Shown: positions 1 to 10,104, counted from the stretch's first letter. The stretch: 39,245 nucleotides of DNA from Limisphaerales bacterium (GCA_044225505.1 JBGAIN010000073.1:1-39245); one strand, 5' to 3'. A program made the numbers and translations. The notes: a model not told the origin generated them from the letters alone.

Positions 1-723
1 GTCTTTCCCAAAAGCCGCTTCGTAAAGCACTTTGCCCAGGGCGTAAATGTCGGCATGCGGCGTGCCTGGCCCTTCGGGAGCAATGTAACCGGCCGTTCCA
101 ACCAGTGACTTCGCCTCATCCACCGCTGCGACAAGGCCGGCATCTGCCAGTTTTGGCTCTCCGCCAATGAACAGGACATTCGACGGCTTCACGTCACGAT
201 GCACAAGCCCCTCGCTGTGCAGATGAGACAGGCCGGCAGTGAGTTTGAGGCCAAGTGCAATAACTTCACTTGCCGGCAGGGCGCCACGAGACTTTAAGTC
301 CGCGCGGAGCGTCCGTGGGCGGTACGTTTCGGGCATGGAACTGGAATCGCCGCGCCTCAACGCCGCGCTTGCCGACGCGACATCGTCTGCCAACTCCATT
401 ACATAGTAGAAGCCTGAGCCATCAAGCAAGAGTCCAAGTGTCAAAATGTCGACCAATCCCTGGTGAGCTCGTGAAAGCGGTTCGAACTTCTGCAACCCAT
501 TGAACTCCCGTTCGAAAGATTCGGCTGAAGCATGCCGATTGCGTCGAACAATTTTCACCGCCCGGTAGGTCCCGACTGCATTGCACCCCAGCCAAACTTC
601 GCCATACGCGCCTGAGGCAATGAGCCGAAACAGCCGATGGTCAGGAACAGAAGGGATTTCGCTTGTGTTAGTTTGTCCGCTCAGTGGGGACAGCTGCCAG
701 TCTGCTTGTTTGAATCGCTCCAT
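1..723 (-). CDS. Ser/Thr protein kinase (5' part; runs off the window edge)
   Basis: Not in the ORF track. Manual translation from ATG at 723: MERFKQ...IASGAYGEVWLG...AVKIV...YVMELAD...HRDVKPSNVL...LADAGLV...GTAGYIAPEG...DIYALGKVLYE, open to position 1. In-frame TAA lies two codons upstream of the ATG. Confidence 0.92.
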   Translation of the reverse strand, partial: MERFKQADWQLSPLSGQTNTSEIPSVPDHRLFRLIASGAYGEVWLGCNAVGTYRAVKIVRRNRHASAESFEREFNGLQKFEPLSRAHQGLVDILTLGLLLDGSGFYYVMELADDVASASAALRRGDSSSMPETYRPRTLRADLKSRGALPASEVIALGLKLTAGLSHLHSEGLVHRDVKPSNVLFIGGEPKLADAGLVAAVDEAKSLVGTAGYIAPEGPGTPHADIYALGKVLYEAAFGKD

Positions 724-1784
724 GCCTTACCAAGAACTTATATTGGAGAATGCAGTCCCAGGCCTTGGGAATCCAGCAGTAACGGACAAAGTGCCGTTAC
801 CGAGGTCGATATAGTTCACAACCGGGCTGTCAGGCCCGTTCGATGAGTTTACGGGCGTAGCCTTCTTGGCCTGTCAACAGAAGTAGAGCCCTTGAAATCT
901 AGCGTCTTGCCTGAACGACAAATTCCGGTATTGGATGGCGACCGTTCAGCGATAAGAAACCGTCCTGTCGGCAACAGCTCTCGCGACAACTTGGAGGTGT
1001 TCAAGTTAACGACACGATTAATGATTCGGACTTCATTGGTCTATCCCGAATGTCGATCTTACGGTTGTAGTGCATTACGATAATGCGGCGGAGGAATTCG
1101 CCGACCAACAGCCGCCACTGATCGCTTCCGGGTTCCATTGCGGGACCTAGCCAGCGACGGGTTATTGACCAACATCTGCGCCACCAAAGTCGTCATTGCA
1201 ATCGCGACCTCATCACGGTTCTTCTCCTGTCGCCAAAGCAAATGGCTCCGGCTCAATTACATCGATGAATTTTGTGGAGTGCTTTGCGTTGAGCCTACAG
1301 GCGGCAGCTAGAGCGTCTTTCGGATGCGATCTGTGAATTGGTTAACCTCAGCGGCGCAAAGGTTTAGAAACTTGGTGACAAATGGCACCTGAAGCCGGCA
1401 TTTGGGTTTCCAGCGCGGACTCGGCCTCGTCGAATCCGGCAGCCTTCCGCTAAGGGGTCGTCGAAATGTCTCACAGTTCGACAACAATTTGCGAACGTAG
1501 TGTGCGACATTTCCAAAGAACCGCTTCGCCGAAAGCGCAGCCACCATCGGTATCTCCATCTTTCACTGACGACAGCCTATGTCGGCTCCAGCGACAGCTC
1601 TCCAGTGACAACCTCAAAATCTCGAACTCGCCGTTGCCTCTCGCGTCACTTTTGTCGCTCGAAATGATGGGGTTAATTGAATCATAAAGGATTGAGCTTA
1701 AGCAGGTCACATCAATTGACGTCCTTCTTGGGAGGCTTGGCTCACATTTGCTCCAATGGCTTTTGCTTAGGGAGTTCATTCGGA

Positions 1785-1831
1785 GGTAACCCACACGTGA
1801 CCCACTCCCAGTGGGTTACCAGTGGGTCACC
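1785..1831. repeat. Four copies of a GGTRACCCAC-like 10-mer (2 direct + 2 inverted)
   Basis: ggtaacccac 1785-94, gtgacccact 1797-1806, gtgggttacc 1811-20, agtgggtcac 1821-30. Confidence 0.75.
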
Positions 1832-1895
1832 AGCGAAGGAAGAGGCGATCCAGGGGGGAAGAACATTGAGCGTTATAGGAAGATTATTTGGTTTT

Positions 1896-2966
1896 TCACC
1901 CGTCGGCCTGTTCTCCAAGTTGCCTGGCCAGCGCCATCAGCTCAGCGGAGTTTTCGAGCCCATCGAGGAATCTCAGTGGCATGGCCGCGAGCCCGACCTG
2001 CGCTCCCACGAGAGCCCCGGTGAGGATCGCGCGCGCCTGGTTCTGGCCGCCGCCGTTGATGGCGTGAAGCACCGCCTGCTCGAAGTCGTCGGGGAAGCGC
2101 GCTGCGAGATAGTAGGCAGCTGGCAGCTGATGATAAATCGCGCAAGGCATTCCATAAACGATGGAGACCTTCCACGGCGGCTCGATCCGGATGCCGGTAT
2201 CGTGGGCAGCTTCGGCCATATAGGAAGGCGTCAGCAGGGCGTCCGGTGAGGAAAACCGGCCGGCACGTGGCGGGTCAGGATCTCCTGTCCTGGGTGGACC
2301 AAGCCGCTCACGGGTGACGGCGTGAAAGGGCAGCTCGCCTCGCTTCACGAGATCCATGAGCTTGTCGGAGATGGCTGCATCAAACTTCTCGCCCCGCACG
2401 AGCAGCGCCAGCACGCAGCAATAGGCGGTCGTCATCGCAACGATCGCTTCATCCGCTTGGGTGAGCAGACAGTTCGCGCTGACGGTTTGCGCGACTTTTG
2501 CGGGCGTCTTCGCGTATCGCACCGCCAGCACCAGCGCACGCTCGGCGGCCTCGGTGGTGTCGGCATGGCCACCTGTCTCCTTCCACGATTGATTTTGCTC
2601 CACACGCCGGCGCCACGCTTCCCGAATCGACTGGCTGGTGTATCCGCCCGGGCCGCTCATTGGCGTTCCGTCGAGTCGTGGAAAGAGTTCTTCGTCAAGC
2701 CTGCGGCAGAAGTCTGATTCATCATAGCCGTTTCTTTCGACGACGGAGCGCAGCAGCATCGTCGTAATGATACCAGCCTGAGAAGGCTGCCCCGCCTTAA
2801 GCCCCGCGTGGTAGCGATGCGGCTTCGGTTCGGTGTAGTCGCTTATCCAATTGCCGTAATCGCGGCGCATCTCATCGAGGTCGTAATACCAGTGCGGGCC
2901 GACGCCAAGCGCGTCCCCAATCAACGCGCCCATGACTGCACCCGCCGCACGATCACTCAGTTTCAT
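1896..2966 (-). CDS. ADP-ribosylglycohydrolase family protein
   Basis: N-terminal DRAAGAVMGALIGDALG and C-terminal DFEQAVLHAINGGG..ARAILTGALVGA match the family. Start moved to ATG 2966 (MKLSDR) because the longer ORF overlaps the upstream VOC gene. Confidence 0.88.
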   Translation of the reverse strand: MKLSDRAAGAVMGALIGDALGVGPHWYYDLDEMRRDYGNWISDYTEPKPHRYHAGLKAGQPSQAGIITTMLLRSVVERNGYDESDFCRRLDEELFPRLDGTPMSGPGGYTSQSIREAWRRRVEQNQSWKETGGHADTTEAAERALVLAVRYAKTPAKVAQTVSANCLLTQADEAIVAMTTAYCCVLALLVRGEKFDAAISDKLMDLVKRGELPFHAVTRERLGPPRTGDPDPPRAGRFSSPDALLTPSYMAEAAHDTGIRIEPPWKVSIVYGMPCAIYHQLPAAYYLAARFPDDFEQAVLHAINGGGQNQARAILTGALVGAQVGLAAMPLRFLDGLENSAELMALARQLGEQADG

Positions 2967-2973
2967 AGACTTG

Positions 2974-3483
2974 TCAGTGGTTGACTTCCGCGGCCAGCCC
3001 ATCGAGATCCAGCGGATGTGTGAACATGGCGAGCCCGCCGTCCTTAGTGCGCGGCCACTGCTCCTGTGGTCGGTCCCAGTAAAGCTCGACGCCGTTGCCA
3101 TCTGGGTCGCGCAGATAGAGCGCCTCGCTCACGCCGTGATCTGCCGCGCCTTCAAGCGAAATGCCAGCGCGGGTGAGGCGGAGGAACGCATCAGCCAGTT
3201 CGGAGCGTGTGGGGTAAAGAATCGCGAGGTGATAAAGTCCGGTCCGGCCGGCCGGTGGCGGCGCCCCGCCCGCGCTCTCCCATGTGTTGAGCCCGATGTG
3301 GTGATGGTAGCCACCAGCAGAGACGAAAGCGGCGTCGCGGCCGAAACGTTGGGTGAGTTGGAAACCCAGCACGTCACGATAAAACGCCAGCGCACGCTCC
3401 AAGTCGGCCACTTTGAGATGCACATGACCAATCCTGACTCCTGGGGCGATCGGCTTGAATGGTTCGCTGGGATTCATTGGCAT
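2974..3483 (-). CDS. VOC/glyoxalase family protein (catechol 2,3-dioxygenase-like)
   Basis: IGHVHLKVADLERALAFY, GGYHHHIGLNTW, GLYHLAILYP, DHGVSEALYLRDPDGNGVELY. Ends 7 bp before the ARH start, suggesting an operon. Confidence 0.93.
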   Translation of the reverse strand: MPMNPSEPFKPIAPGVRIGHVHLKVADLERALAFYRDVLGFQLTQRFGRDAAFVSAGGYHHHIGLNTWESAGGAPPPAGRTGLYHLAILYPTRSELADAFLRLTRAGISLEGAADHGVSEALYLRDPDGNGVELYWDRPQEQWPRTKDGGLAMFTHPLDLDGLAAEVNH

Positions 3484-3772
3484 TTCCTGTCAGCGATCAC
3501 AATGGCCACCATGGTCTTCTGTTGCTGGGTTCTGCCTGCGACCCGGGCGACTCTTACGACGGGCCTGTGATTGCTCCTTCGGTTTGATCTGAATACACCC
3601 ATTGAAGGCAGAAAACAACCGCAACGTCTCGTGCTCACAACGAATGGAACCTCCTAACACTGCTGGTAAAACCGCTCGCTCGGCGTGAAATGGACGAAAA
3701 GGCACCGCTCTTAATGATCGAAAGTTGCCGTAGCGGGCTTTTCCTCCACTAAAATAATGAAACATAGCCGGC

Positions 3773-3907
3773 CTCCAACGCCAGTGCAGTTCCGCAGGGA
3801 TCAACCTTTAAGATCGTCTCCGGTGGCGTTTGGGAAGGAGGAACTCCGGCAGCGTGAATGATGCCAGAAATCACACCAAGCGACGTGGCCTTTTCCAAGA
3901 GAGCATG
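3773..3907 (-). pseudogene. Internal fragment of an SDR-family oxidoreductase
   Basis: HALLEKATSLGVISGIIHAAGVPPSQTPPETILKVDPCGTAL resembles the SDR segment around the NAG/HAAG motif. No Rossmann N-terminus or YxxxK follows. Confidence 0.55.
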
Positions 3908-4334
3908 ATGGGTCTTAAAGCATAATTTGCCTTGTTTGACGCAATGCGTTTCCTCTTCACGTATCTTACAGAAGAATATCGAGAGCGGTTGCAGGGATGC
4001 GACGTTGCAACACTGCAACGTTGCCGACATGCGAGGCTCGTTTCTCCAGATAAACTCGTGGGTAGCCGAGCTGGCGAGCTTTCAGGAGCCTCTCGACTGC
4101 CTTGACATCGTTGGGAGAAGTTCCATCTCTGGCGAAGAGAAGGATTCGAGGCATGCCGTTCGACCCAGGCAGGGAGGCCATAAGTGGCCCGTTTTAGGAT
4201 TGGAATATACTAACCGGCGCCGGTAGATTCCTCAGGAGCATGGATGGGCAGACAAGAGTTTATGCTGAAAAGGACGGACAAATCTCCGCCGGCGAAATAA
4301 GGAGAACCGTTGCATAAAAGGAGTTCGACGTAGA

Positions 4335-4877
4335 ATGTTTGCCACCGTCGTCCATGATTTGAAGAGTCCGGAGAACACGGGCATCATTCTTCGTACCCAC
4401 GTCGCATTTGGCGGCGAGATTTTCGTTATGGTCGGGCCGGAGCCGTGGCGGTTCAAAAAGCGGAGCCAAGCCTTTTCGAGACGACTAGAGAAGGTCAGTG
4501 ATATTGTTTATTTGCCCAACGATGACTCTTTTTTCGAGTGGTGCCGAGCCGAACGATTCACCCCGGTTGCCATTGAGATAGCCGAATCGTCGGCTTTATT
4601 ACCGTCTTTCCAGTTTCCAGAGCGTCCCGCGATCATTGTCGGACATGAAGCGAGCGGCTTGTCCGAGGAGTTCTTGCAGAGGTGTTTGCATGTAGTGACC
4701 ATCCCGCAATTCGGCCCGGTGGGATGTCTGAACGCGGCGGTTTCTTGCAGCATTGCTATCTACGAGCTGAACCGGCGACGTCCATTGGAGAGGGAGATCA
4801 AGGGTCATCAGTTCGCGGTTGCTCCCTCAGAGACACCGGACGGCGTCGGACCAGCGGCTGGAAGGATCGCGGAGTGA
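4335..4877 (+). CDS. TrmH/SpoU family RNA methyltransferase (cassette-borne)
   Basis: SPOUT motifs DLKSPENTGIILRT, IIVGHEASGLS, VTIPQFG..CLNAAVSCSIAIYE. Core site GTTCGAC (4323-29) sits 5 bp before the ATG. Confidence 0.9.
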   Translation: MFATVVHDLKSPENTGIILRTHVAFGGEIFVMVGPEPWRFKKRSQAFSRRLEKVSDIVYLPNDDSFFEWCRAERFTPVAIEIAESSALLPSFQFPERPAIIVGHEASGLSEEFLQRCLHVVTIPQFGPVGCLNAAVSCSIAIYELNRRRPLEREIKGHQFAVAPSETPDGVGPAAGRIAE

Positions 4878-4935
4878 ACGCTTCCATTTCATTTGCTTGC
4901 CTTTGGCTGAGCGTCCCTCAGCCTGATCGTTAGCG
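4845..4935 (+). mobile_element. attC site
   Basis: R'' GTCGGAC, 5 nt, L'' GGCTG(G)AAGGA ... L' TCCCTCAGCC, TGATC, R' GTTAGCG. R'' is complementary (1 mismatch) to GTTCGAC at the cassette start. Confidence 0.72.
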
Positions 4936-5002
4936 TCGCTCGCGTTAATTCTAACTTCAATCCTCCACACCGCATCACACCAACAATCGACAAACACACA
5001 CT

Positions 5003-5365
5003 ATGAGCCAATACATTGACGGATTTGTCCTCTCCATTCCGAAAGCCAAACTCGCCGCCTACAAAAAGCTTGCCACCAAGGCGGCAAAAATCTGGCGCGA
5101 GCACGGTGCTCTCGAATACCGAGAATGCGTCGGTGATGACATGGAGGTCGAGCACATGCTCGCCTTCCCAAAGATTGCGAAGTCCAAACCGGACGAAGTC
5201 GTCATTTTCGCCTATGCTGTATTCGAGTCGCGCAAACATCGCGATGCTACGAACAAGAAGATCATGGCCGACCCGCGCATCGCCGCAATGGTCACCGAAT
5301 CAAAAGCCATTTTTGACTGCAAGCGCATGGCATACGGCGGCTTCAAGACGCTGGTCCAAGTCTGA
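5003..5365 (+). CDS. DUF1428 family protein
   Basis: YIDGFVLSIPK..AYKK...WREHGALEYRECVGDD...FDCKRMAYGGF. Confidence 0.92.
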   Translation: MSQYIDGFVLSIPKAKLAAYKKLATKAAKIWREHGALEYRECVGDDMEVEHMLAFPKIAKSKPDEVVIFAYAVFESRKHRDATNKKIMADPRIAAMVTESKAIFDCKRMAYGGFKTLVQV

Positions 5366-5379
5366 GACGCTGAAGACAA

Positions 5380-5655
5380 ATGACCGCAACGCCCAATGAG
5401 CACATTTGCTTTTTGACCGATGACAACGGGATGGTTCTCACGCTGACGAACATGACGCTCGGCGCAGAATCGGAAGTTCGTTACCCGGCGACTTTCCACA
5501 TCGGCTTCATTCAGCCCACGGAGGCCGATGTTGATCGGATGAACGACCACTTGCGGGCCGACGGCTATGAAGTTCTGCCGCCGTCTCGACAGCGTGGTGC
5601 TTGGACGTTCTATTTCCAAGCGCCTGGAGGGTTTAGCATTGAGGTCCTTGGCTAA
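5380..5655 (+). pseudogene. 5'-truncated VOC family protein
   Basis: C-terminal half YPATFHIGFIQ...WTFYFQAPGGFSIEVL is present. The first betaalphabetabetabeta unit with its His ligand is missing. Confidence 0.65.
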
Positions 5656-5780
5656 GGGGTTCGCGGGCAAGTCGAATAGCACCGGGCCAGTCATGGAGGC
5701 GAACTATTGCTCTGAGCTTCGTTTTCGGAATTGCTCGAAGGAACTGGAGGACCACACCGATGGCATGAACTCGTATTCAA

Positions 5781-5807
5781 CGGCGGTCGCTTACCTTTCT
5801 GTCAGCC
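5781..5807 (+). mobile_element. Degenerate right arm (L'/R') of an attC site
   Basis: GGCGGTCGCTTACCTTTCTGTCAGCC resembles TCGCTCACCTTCACGTTGGGC at 14852-72 and lies 13 bp before ATG 5821. Confidence 0.4.
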
Positions 5808-5820
5808 GAAATGTGCTGTC

Positions 5821-6456
5821 ATGAGCGGGACAACACGCATTGGATTCGTCGGAGCGCCGATATTCTTCGCGGTGATTCCGCTCATCTGCATCCCTGCCGC
5901 CGAGTGGATGGCAGTCGCTCCGCGCGGCGACCAAGTATTCTCGTGGTACGGCATCATTTTTGTCTTTCCCACTCTCGCAGCGGTGCCGATGTTTCTTGCT
6001 GCACTCATTGGCCTTGCCTTCCGGCGCATCCGACGTTTATCCGCTGCCGTTGCGCTGTGTTCAGCGGTTTATTTCGTCGGCTTTTTCGTATCGATTCGCA
6101 TTGGTCAAAACGTCCGGATGCGTGCGTTTCATCAGTTGGCGGAGCGGAGCAAACCACTCACCGTGGCCATCCGCAATTTCGAGCAGAAGTATGGGCGCCC
6201 ACCGGATTCACTTGGAGCCCTCGTGCCAGAGTTCCTCCCGTCGGTCCCGTCGACAGGCATGGCTGCATACCCGGAATACCGTTATTCAACACCGGCAACG
6301 AACTATGATGGTAATCCATGGGTCATTACCGTTTTCACGCCATCCGGCGGCATCAATTTCGATCAATTCATGTATTTTCCACGGACGAATTACCCAAAGC
6401 TAGGCTACGGCGGTTGGGTTGAGCGAGTCGGAGATTGGGCGTATGTGCATGAGTAG
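5821..6456 (+). CDS. Hypothetical membrane protein (about 3 TM helices plus a soluble C-terminal domain)
   Basis: Hydrophobic segments followed by AIRNFEQKYGRPPDSLGALVPEFLPSVP. ATG at 5821. Confidence 0.75.
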   Translation: MSGTTRIGFVGAPIFFAVIPLICIPAAEWMAVAPRGDQVFSWYGIIFVFPTLAAVPMFLAALIGLAFRRIRRLSAAVALCSAVYFVGFFVSIRIGQNVRMRAFHQLAERSKPLTVAIRNFEQKYGRPPDSLGALVPEFLPSVPSTGMAAYPEYRYSTPATNYDGNPWVITVFTPSGGINFDQFMYFPRTNYPKLGYGGWVERVGDWAYVHE

Positions 6457-7341
6457 TGATTGGCGTCACGACTATTAAGTCCGCGGTCGATAGGCAAAAG
6501 CCTACGTGAAGGAGATTTCTTCCATTCCGTGGCATCACCTGTGACAGGCAGCTCATCCTCGACCCATTGTTAAGCTCTGCGGCAGAGTGATGCTCCATGC
6601 TGGGAACCCGGGTTCTACCGATCTCCGTCTGCGACTTCGTACTCAATGGGATTCGAGAAGACACAGGCCTGCTTTGCCTTCTGCAAGCGTCATCACCCGA
6701 GAAACCACCTCCGTGCGTCATTGGATCGTAAACGACCCGGCCTTTGAACTTCTCGGGGTGTTCAGGCTTATAGGTCATCTGCAAATGCACCGAAGAATGC
6801 GACGAGAGATACAGGATGTGTTCGGGTGACCAACCTGTTGGCTTTGTTCTGATCCCTTCCCATAGCTGAGGAATGACCAACGGTAAAATCCCGGCCAGCC
6901 ATGAGGTCGCATTCTGCACCAGGCAATAGTGCGAGCCCGCAGATGGATGGCACACGATCGGCTTAACGCTGTCCGTCGTATTGGAGACCTGGCACAACAC
7001 CCGAATCAGGCGCCTTGCATCCCGGCTGTAATCCTGCGGCTGACCGTTCCGTTGTAACCGCGGTCCGTCAAAAACAATGGGGTGCGTCTGCGATCGTCCG
7101 CCACCCTGGACTCGCGAGGTTTCCAGCAATCCGCTCGACGTCCGTCCACTGCCGCCAGGAGCTTGCCCCGAATTTCTCCGGCCGGTTTGGCCCATGCGGC
7201 TTATAGGCCGGACTCCACATGCAGTGGATAAATGTCTCGGAGCTTCAGAGCCACTTTCGGGATGGGCGTTTCCCAAAATCGGAACGCCCCCTCGGATGGC
7301 GCCTCTGAATTGCGCGGCCATCGCAGCCGTAGGCTGCTGGC

Positions 7342-9792
7342 ATGTTCCTTGCCATCGTGATTGTTCAAACTGTGAACGACTTGCGATTTGCCGTCAGACA
7401 GGTGCTCAGAAACCCAGGTTTCGCCGCGTTGGTGATTTTGACCCTCGCGCTCGGAATCGGCGCGACGTCTGCGGTTTTTAGCCTGATTCAAGGCGTCCTG
7501 TTAACACCTCCCCCCTTTCCCAATCCGGAACGGTTGGTCCTGATCAGTCCTGCCCGCATGGATGGCCAGCGTTACACCCGCGGCTGGCCGGCCGCGCAAT
7601 GGCAAGAATGGCAGACTCAATCGAAGGCTTTTGAGAGCATCGGCGCCTACGGTTGGGTCTTCAATTTCCTCGTCATGCGCGATGGCAGTGAATCCATCGA
7701 AGGAATGCGAGTGACGGAGGATTACTTCAAAGTGGTTGGCGTCACGCCGATGCTGGGCCGTGTCTTTGACGCAGCGGATGCTCTGCCAGATCCTGCCACG
7801 TCGATCATTATCGGTTACGATCTTTGGGAACGCCGCTTTAAGCGCGATCCCCATATCATCGGTCAGACCGTTCAGATTAGCCGGCAGCCGCACCGCCACA
7901 CCATCGTCGGAGTCATGCCGCCAGACGTCCGTTTCTTTCCCTCTCCAAGCGTGGCGCAAGAGCCGAACTACAACGTGGATTCCAAAGTGGACTACTGGAT
8001 TCCCACACGCATTCCCCCAGACCGGTTGAAGGCCCCGCTGGCCAACATTGTCGGCCGCCTGCGGCCAGGCGCGACGCTTAGCCAAGCGCAAGCGGAATTG
8101 ACCGCGCTCACTGCGCGTCAATCCCAGGCCGACAAAGATTTTGCAGGCATTGTTCCCCGGTTGGAATTGCTGGAAACTTTTGCCAATAAAGAAGGCCGCC
8201 GCTTGTTGATGCCGGTCGCCGCCGCAGTGGCGCTCGTCTTTTTGGTAGCCTGCGGGAACGCGGCGGGACTTTTGCTCGCGCGCGGTTTGCAGCGCCAGCA
8301 TCAGTATGCGTTGCGTTCCGCGCTCGGGGCGGGCCCTTGGCAATTGTGTCGGCCGGTCGTGCTCGAGAGTTTGCTGCTGGCTCTGATCGGGGGAGTTTTG
8401 GGCGCTAGTCTTGCGGTTTGGTGCGTCGATGCTCTCAAAGCCACCGCGGGATCGGGAATTCCTCGTCTGGACGCCGTTCGTCTCGGCTGGCCGGTGGCCG
8501 CCTTTTCCGTCCTGGCTGCGATGGTGGCGGGATTGGTGGCCGGGGTTTTGCCCGCCTGGCGCTCGATGCGCCGTGATTCGAGCAACGAGTTGAAAGCGGG
8601 CGGTCGCACCGCCAGCGTTGGTCGCCTGGAACGACGTCTTTTGAGCGGAGTGGCCTCTGCCCAGGTCGCTTTGACACTGGCGTTATTGGTGGGCGCCGGT
8701 TTGCTCATTCAAACAGTTGACTCGCTGGCGAAGATTCGGCCGGGTTACGACACTCACAATATCCTAACGATGAGCGTGACTACCGTCGGCACCAATTGGC
8801 TTGAGTTTCACACCCAGGCTCTCGATCGGGTCAGCCAGTTGCCGGGGGTTAAAGCTGCTGCGTTTGGCTGGGGAGTGCCTCTCACCGGAAACAAGTGGGA
8901 ACTTAATTTTGAGATGGACGGCCAGCCGGGCGGCTCTGCCATCAAGGATCAACTCACTCTTTTGAGCCGCTCCGTGACGCCGGATTATTTTGACGCGCTC
9001 GGCCTTAAACTGGTCGAGGGCCGCGCGTTTCGATCCACGGATAATCAGCAAGCGCCGCGTGTGGTCATCCTGAATCGAGCCGCCGCCGACCGCTTCTTCC
9101 CTGGCGGGCGGGCGCTCGGGCGAAAGCTAAAATTTTCCACGCTCGACACCAACACGATGGAGATCGTCGGGATCCTCGCCAATGCACGGACCGACGCGCT
9201 GACCGCGGAGGCTGAACTGGAGGTCTATTTTCCTTTCTGGCAAAACGGTGCGTTTTCAAAGCATCTGGTGATCCGCACCCATTCAGACCCGAGGAGGATG
9301 GCCAACGCGATCGAGAAGGAACTGCGCGCCATCGACCCGACCGTCTCGGTCGAGGGGATAAAAACCCTGGAAGAGATTCGCGCCGCGTCGGTGGCTTCGC
9401 GAACCTTCGCCATGAAACTTCTGAGCGCTTTTGCCTTTGCCGCGTGCCTGCTCGCCACCGTTGGGATTTATGGTGTGCTCTCCCTGGCCGCGAGTTCACG
9501 GCAGACAGAGATCGCGATTCGCATGGCGATTGGGGCGCAACGCGCCGACGTCATTCGCTTGATGCTCGTGGACGCCATTCGCCTGGCCGCGCTGGGGATT
9601 GGGGTCGGTATTTTGATCTCGCTGGCGCTGGCCGCCGGTTTGAGAACTTACTTATTCGGCATTGGCCCGACGGATCCCGGAACGTTGCTTGGCATGATCA
9701 CCGTCCTGGTGCTGATCACCCTGGCAACCGCATGGATCCCGGCCTGGCGCGCCGCCCGAACCGACCCACTCGCCGCCTTCCGCGCCGACTAA
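7342..9792 (+). CDS. ABC permease, duplicated MacB/FtsX type (ADOP family)
   Basis: DLRFAVRQVLRNPGF..ILTLALGIGATSAVFS, LVACGNAAGLLLARG, RSALGA, EIAIRMAIGAQRADV, PAWRAARTDP. Start may be GTG 7372. No ATPase gene is adjacent. Confidence 0.95.
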   Translation: MFLAIVIVQTVNDLRFAVRQVLRNPGFAALVILTLALGIGATSAVFSLIQGVLLTPPPFPNPERLVLISPARMDGQRYTRGWPAAQWQEWQTQSKAFESIGAYGWVFNFLVMRDGSESIEGMRVTEDYFKVVGVTPMLGRVFDAADALPDPATSIIIGYDLWERRFKRDPHIIGQTVQISRQPHRHTIVGVMPPDVRFFPSPSVAQEPNYNVDSKVDYWIPTRIPPDRLKAPLANIVGRLRPGATLSQAQAELTALTARQSQADKDFAGIVPRLELLETFANKEGRRLLMPVAAAVALVFLVACGNAAGLLLARGLQRQHQYALRSALGAGPWQLCRPVVLESLLLALIGGVLGASLAVWCVDALKATAGSGIPRLDAVRLGWPVAAFSVLAAMVAGLVAGVLPAWRSMRRDSSNELKAGGRTASVGRLERRLLSGVASAQVALTLALLVGAGLLIQTVDSLAKIRPGYDTHNILTMSVTTVGTNWLEFHTQALDRVSQLPGVKAAAFGWGVPLTGNKWELNFEMDGQPGGSAIKDQLTLLSRSVTPDYFDALGLKLVEGRAFRSTDNQQAPRVVILNRAAADRFFPGGRALGRKLKFSTLDTNTMEIVGILANARTDALTAEAELEVYFPFWQNGAFSKHLVIRTHSDPRRMANAIEKELRAIDPTVSVEGIKTLEEIRAASVASRTFAMKLLSAFAFAACLLATVGIYGVLSLAASSRQTEIAIRMAIGAQRADVIRLMLVDAIRLAALGIGVGILISLALAAGLRTYLFGIGPTDPGTLLGMITVLVLITLATAWIPAWRAARTDPLAAFRAD

Positions 9793-9826
9793 ACTGCATC
9801 GGCATTAAGCTCTCGGGGCTGGCAGA

Positions 9827-9901
9827 GTGGCAGCGGCGGGACGCCGTTGGCAGGGAATTCCGCTGCTTCATGGCCAGTCAGAGCCGGGACGGCTCTGCCA
9901 C
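9827..9901. repeat. REP-like inverted doublet
   Basis: GTGG-CAGCGGC-gggac-GCCGTTG (9827-49) and CAGAGCC-gggac-GGCTCTG-CCAC (9879-9901), followed by CGANNN x5 (9918-47). Confidence 0.65.
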
Positions 9902-9961
9902 TTTGAACCTGACAACCCGATAGCGATAGCGACCCCGACTTCGACCGCAGCCGGAACTGAG

Positions 9962-10054
9962 CGCTAACAAATCACTCCAGCGGATGCCGGGAGAGCGTTG
10001 CGGTCGCCGAGGGATCGGTCCTTGGCCAGGCACCGCTGAGTTTTGTCGTCAGGC
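9962..10054 (+). mobile_element. attC site
   Basis: R'' CGCTAAC, AAATC, then ACTC(C)AGCGG(A)TGCC pairing with GGCACCGCTGAGT (two extrahelical bases), TTTGTC, R' GTCAGGC (GTT mutated to GTC). Confidence 0.85.
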
Positions 10055-10104
10055 AAAAAGCTTCGCCTTGTTTGCACAAATTCCGTGGCGAGGTGTCAAA
10101 GATC

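Noticed and set aside
130..150. DAG in place of DFG in the first kinase as a sign of a pseudokinase
   Set aside because: The catalytic Lys, HRDxKxxN and the Mg-binding Asp are all retained.
2967..3101. N-terminal extension of the ARH ORF in the track
   Set aside because: Overlaps the VOC gene; family similarity begins at MKLSDR.
3966..4181. 71-aa ORF (ILLFARDGTSPNDVKAVE) possibly a BPL_N-like fragment
   Set aside because: Resemblance is from memory over ~25 residues only, too weak without a search.
6368..7321. 317-aa minus-strand ORF
   Set aside because: No recognisable motif, low-complexity ends, overlaps the 5821 gene. A decayed gene cannot be excluded.
4929..9968. GTTAGCG (4929) is exactly complementary to R'' CGCTAAC (9962), suggesting one 5-kb cassette
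   Set aside because: Only a few variable bases match, and the span contains another attC remnant and several unrelated genes.
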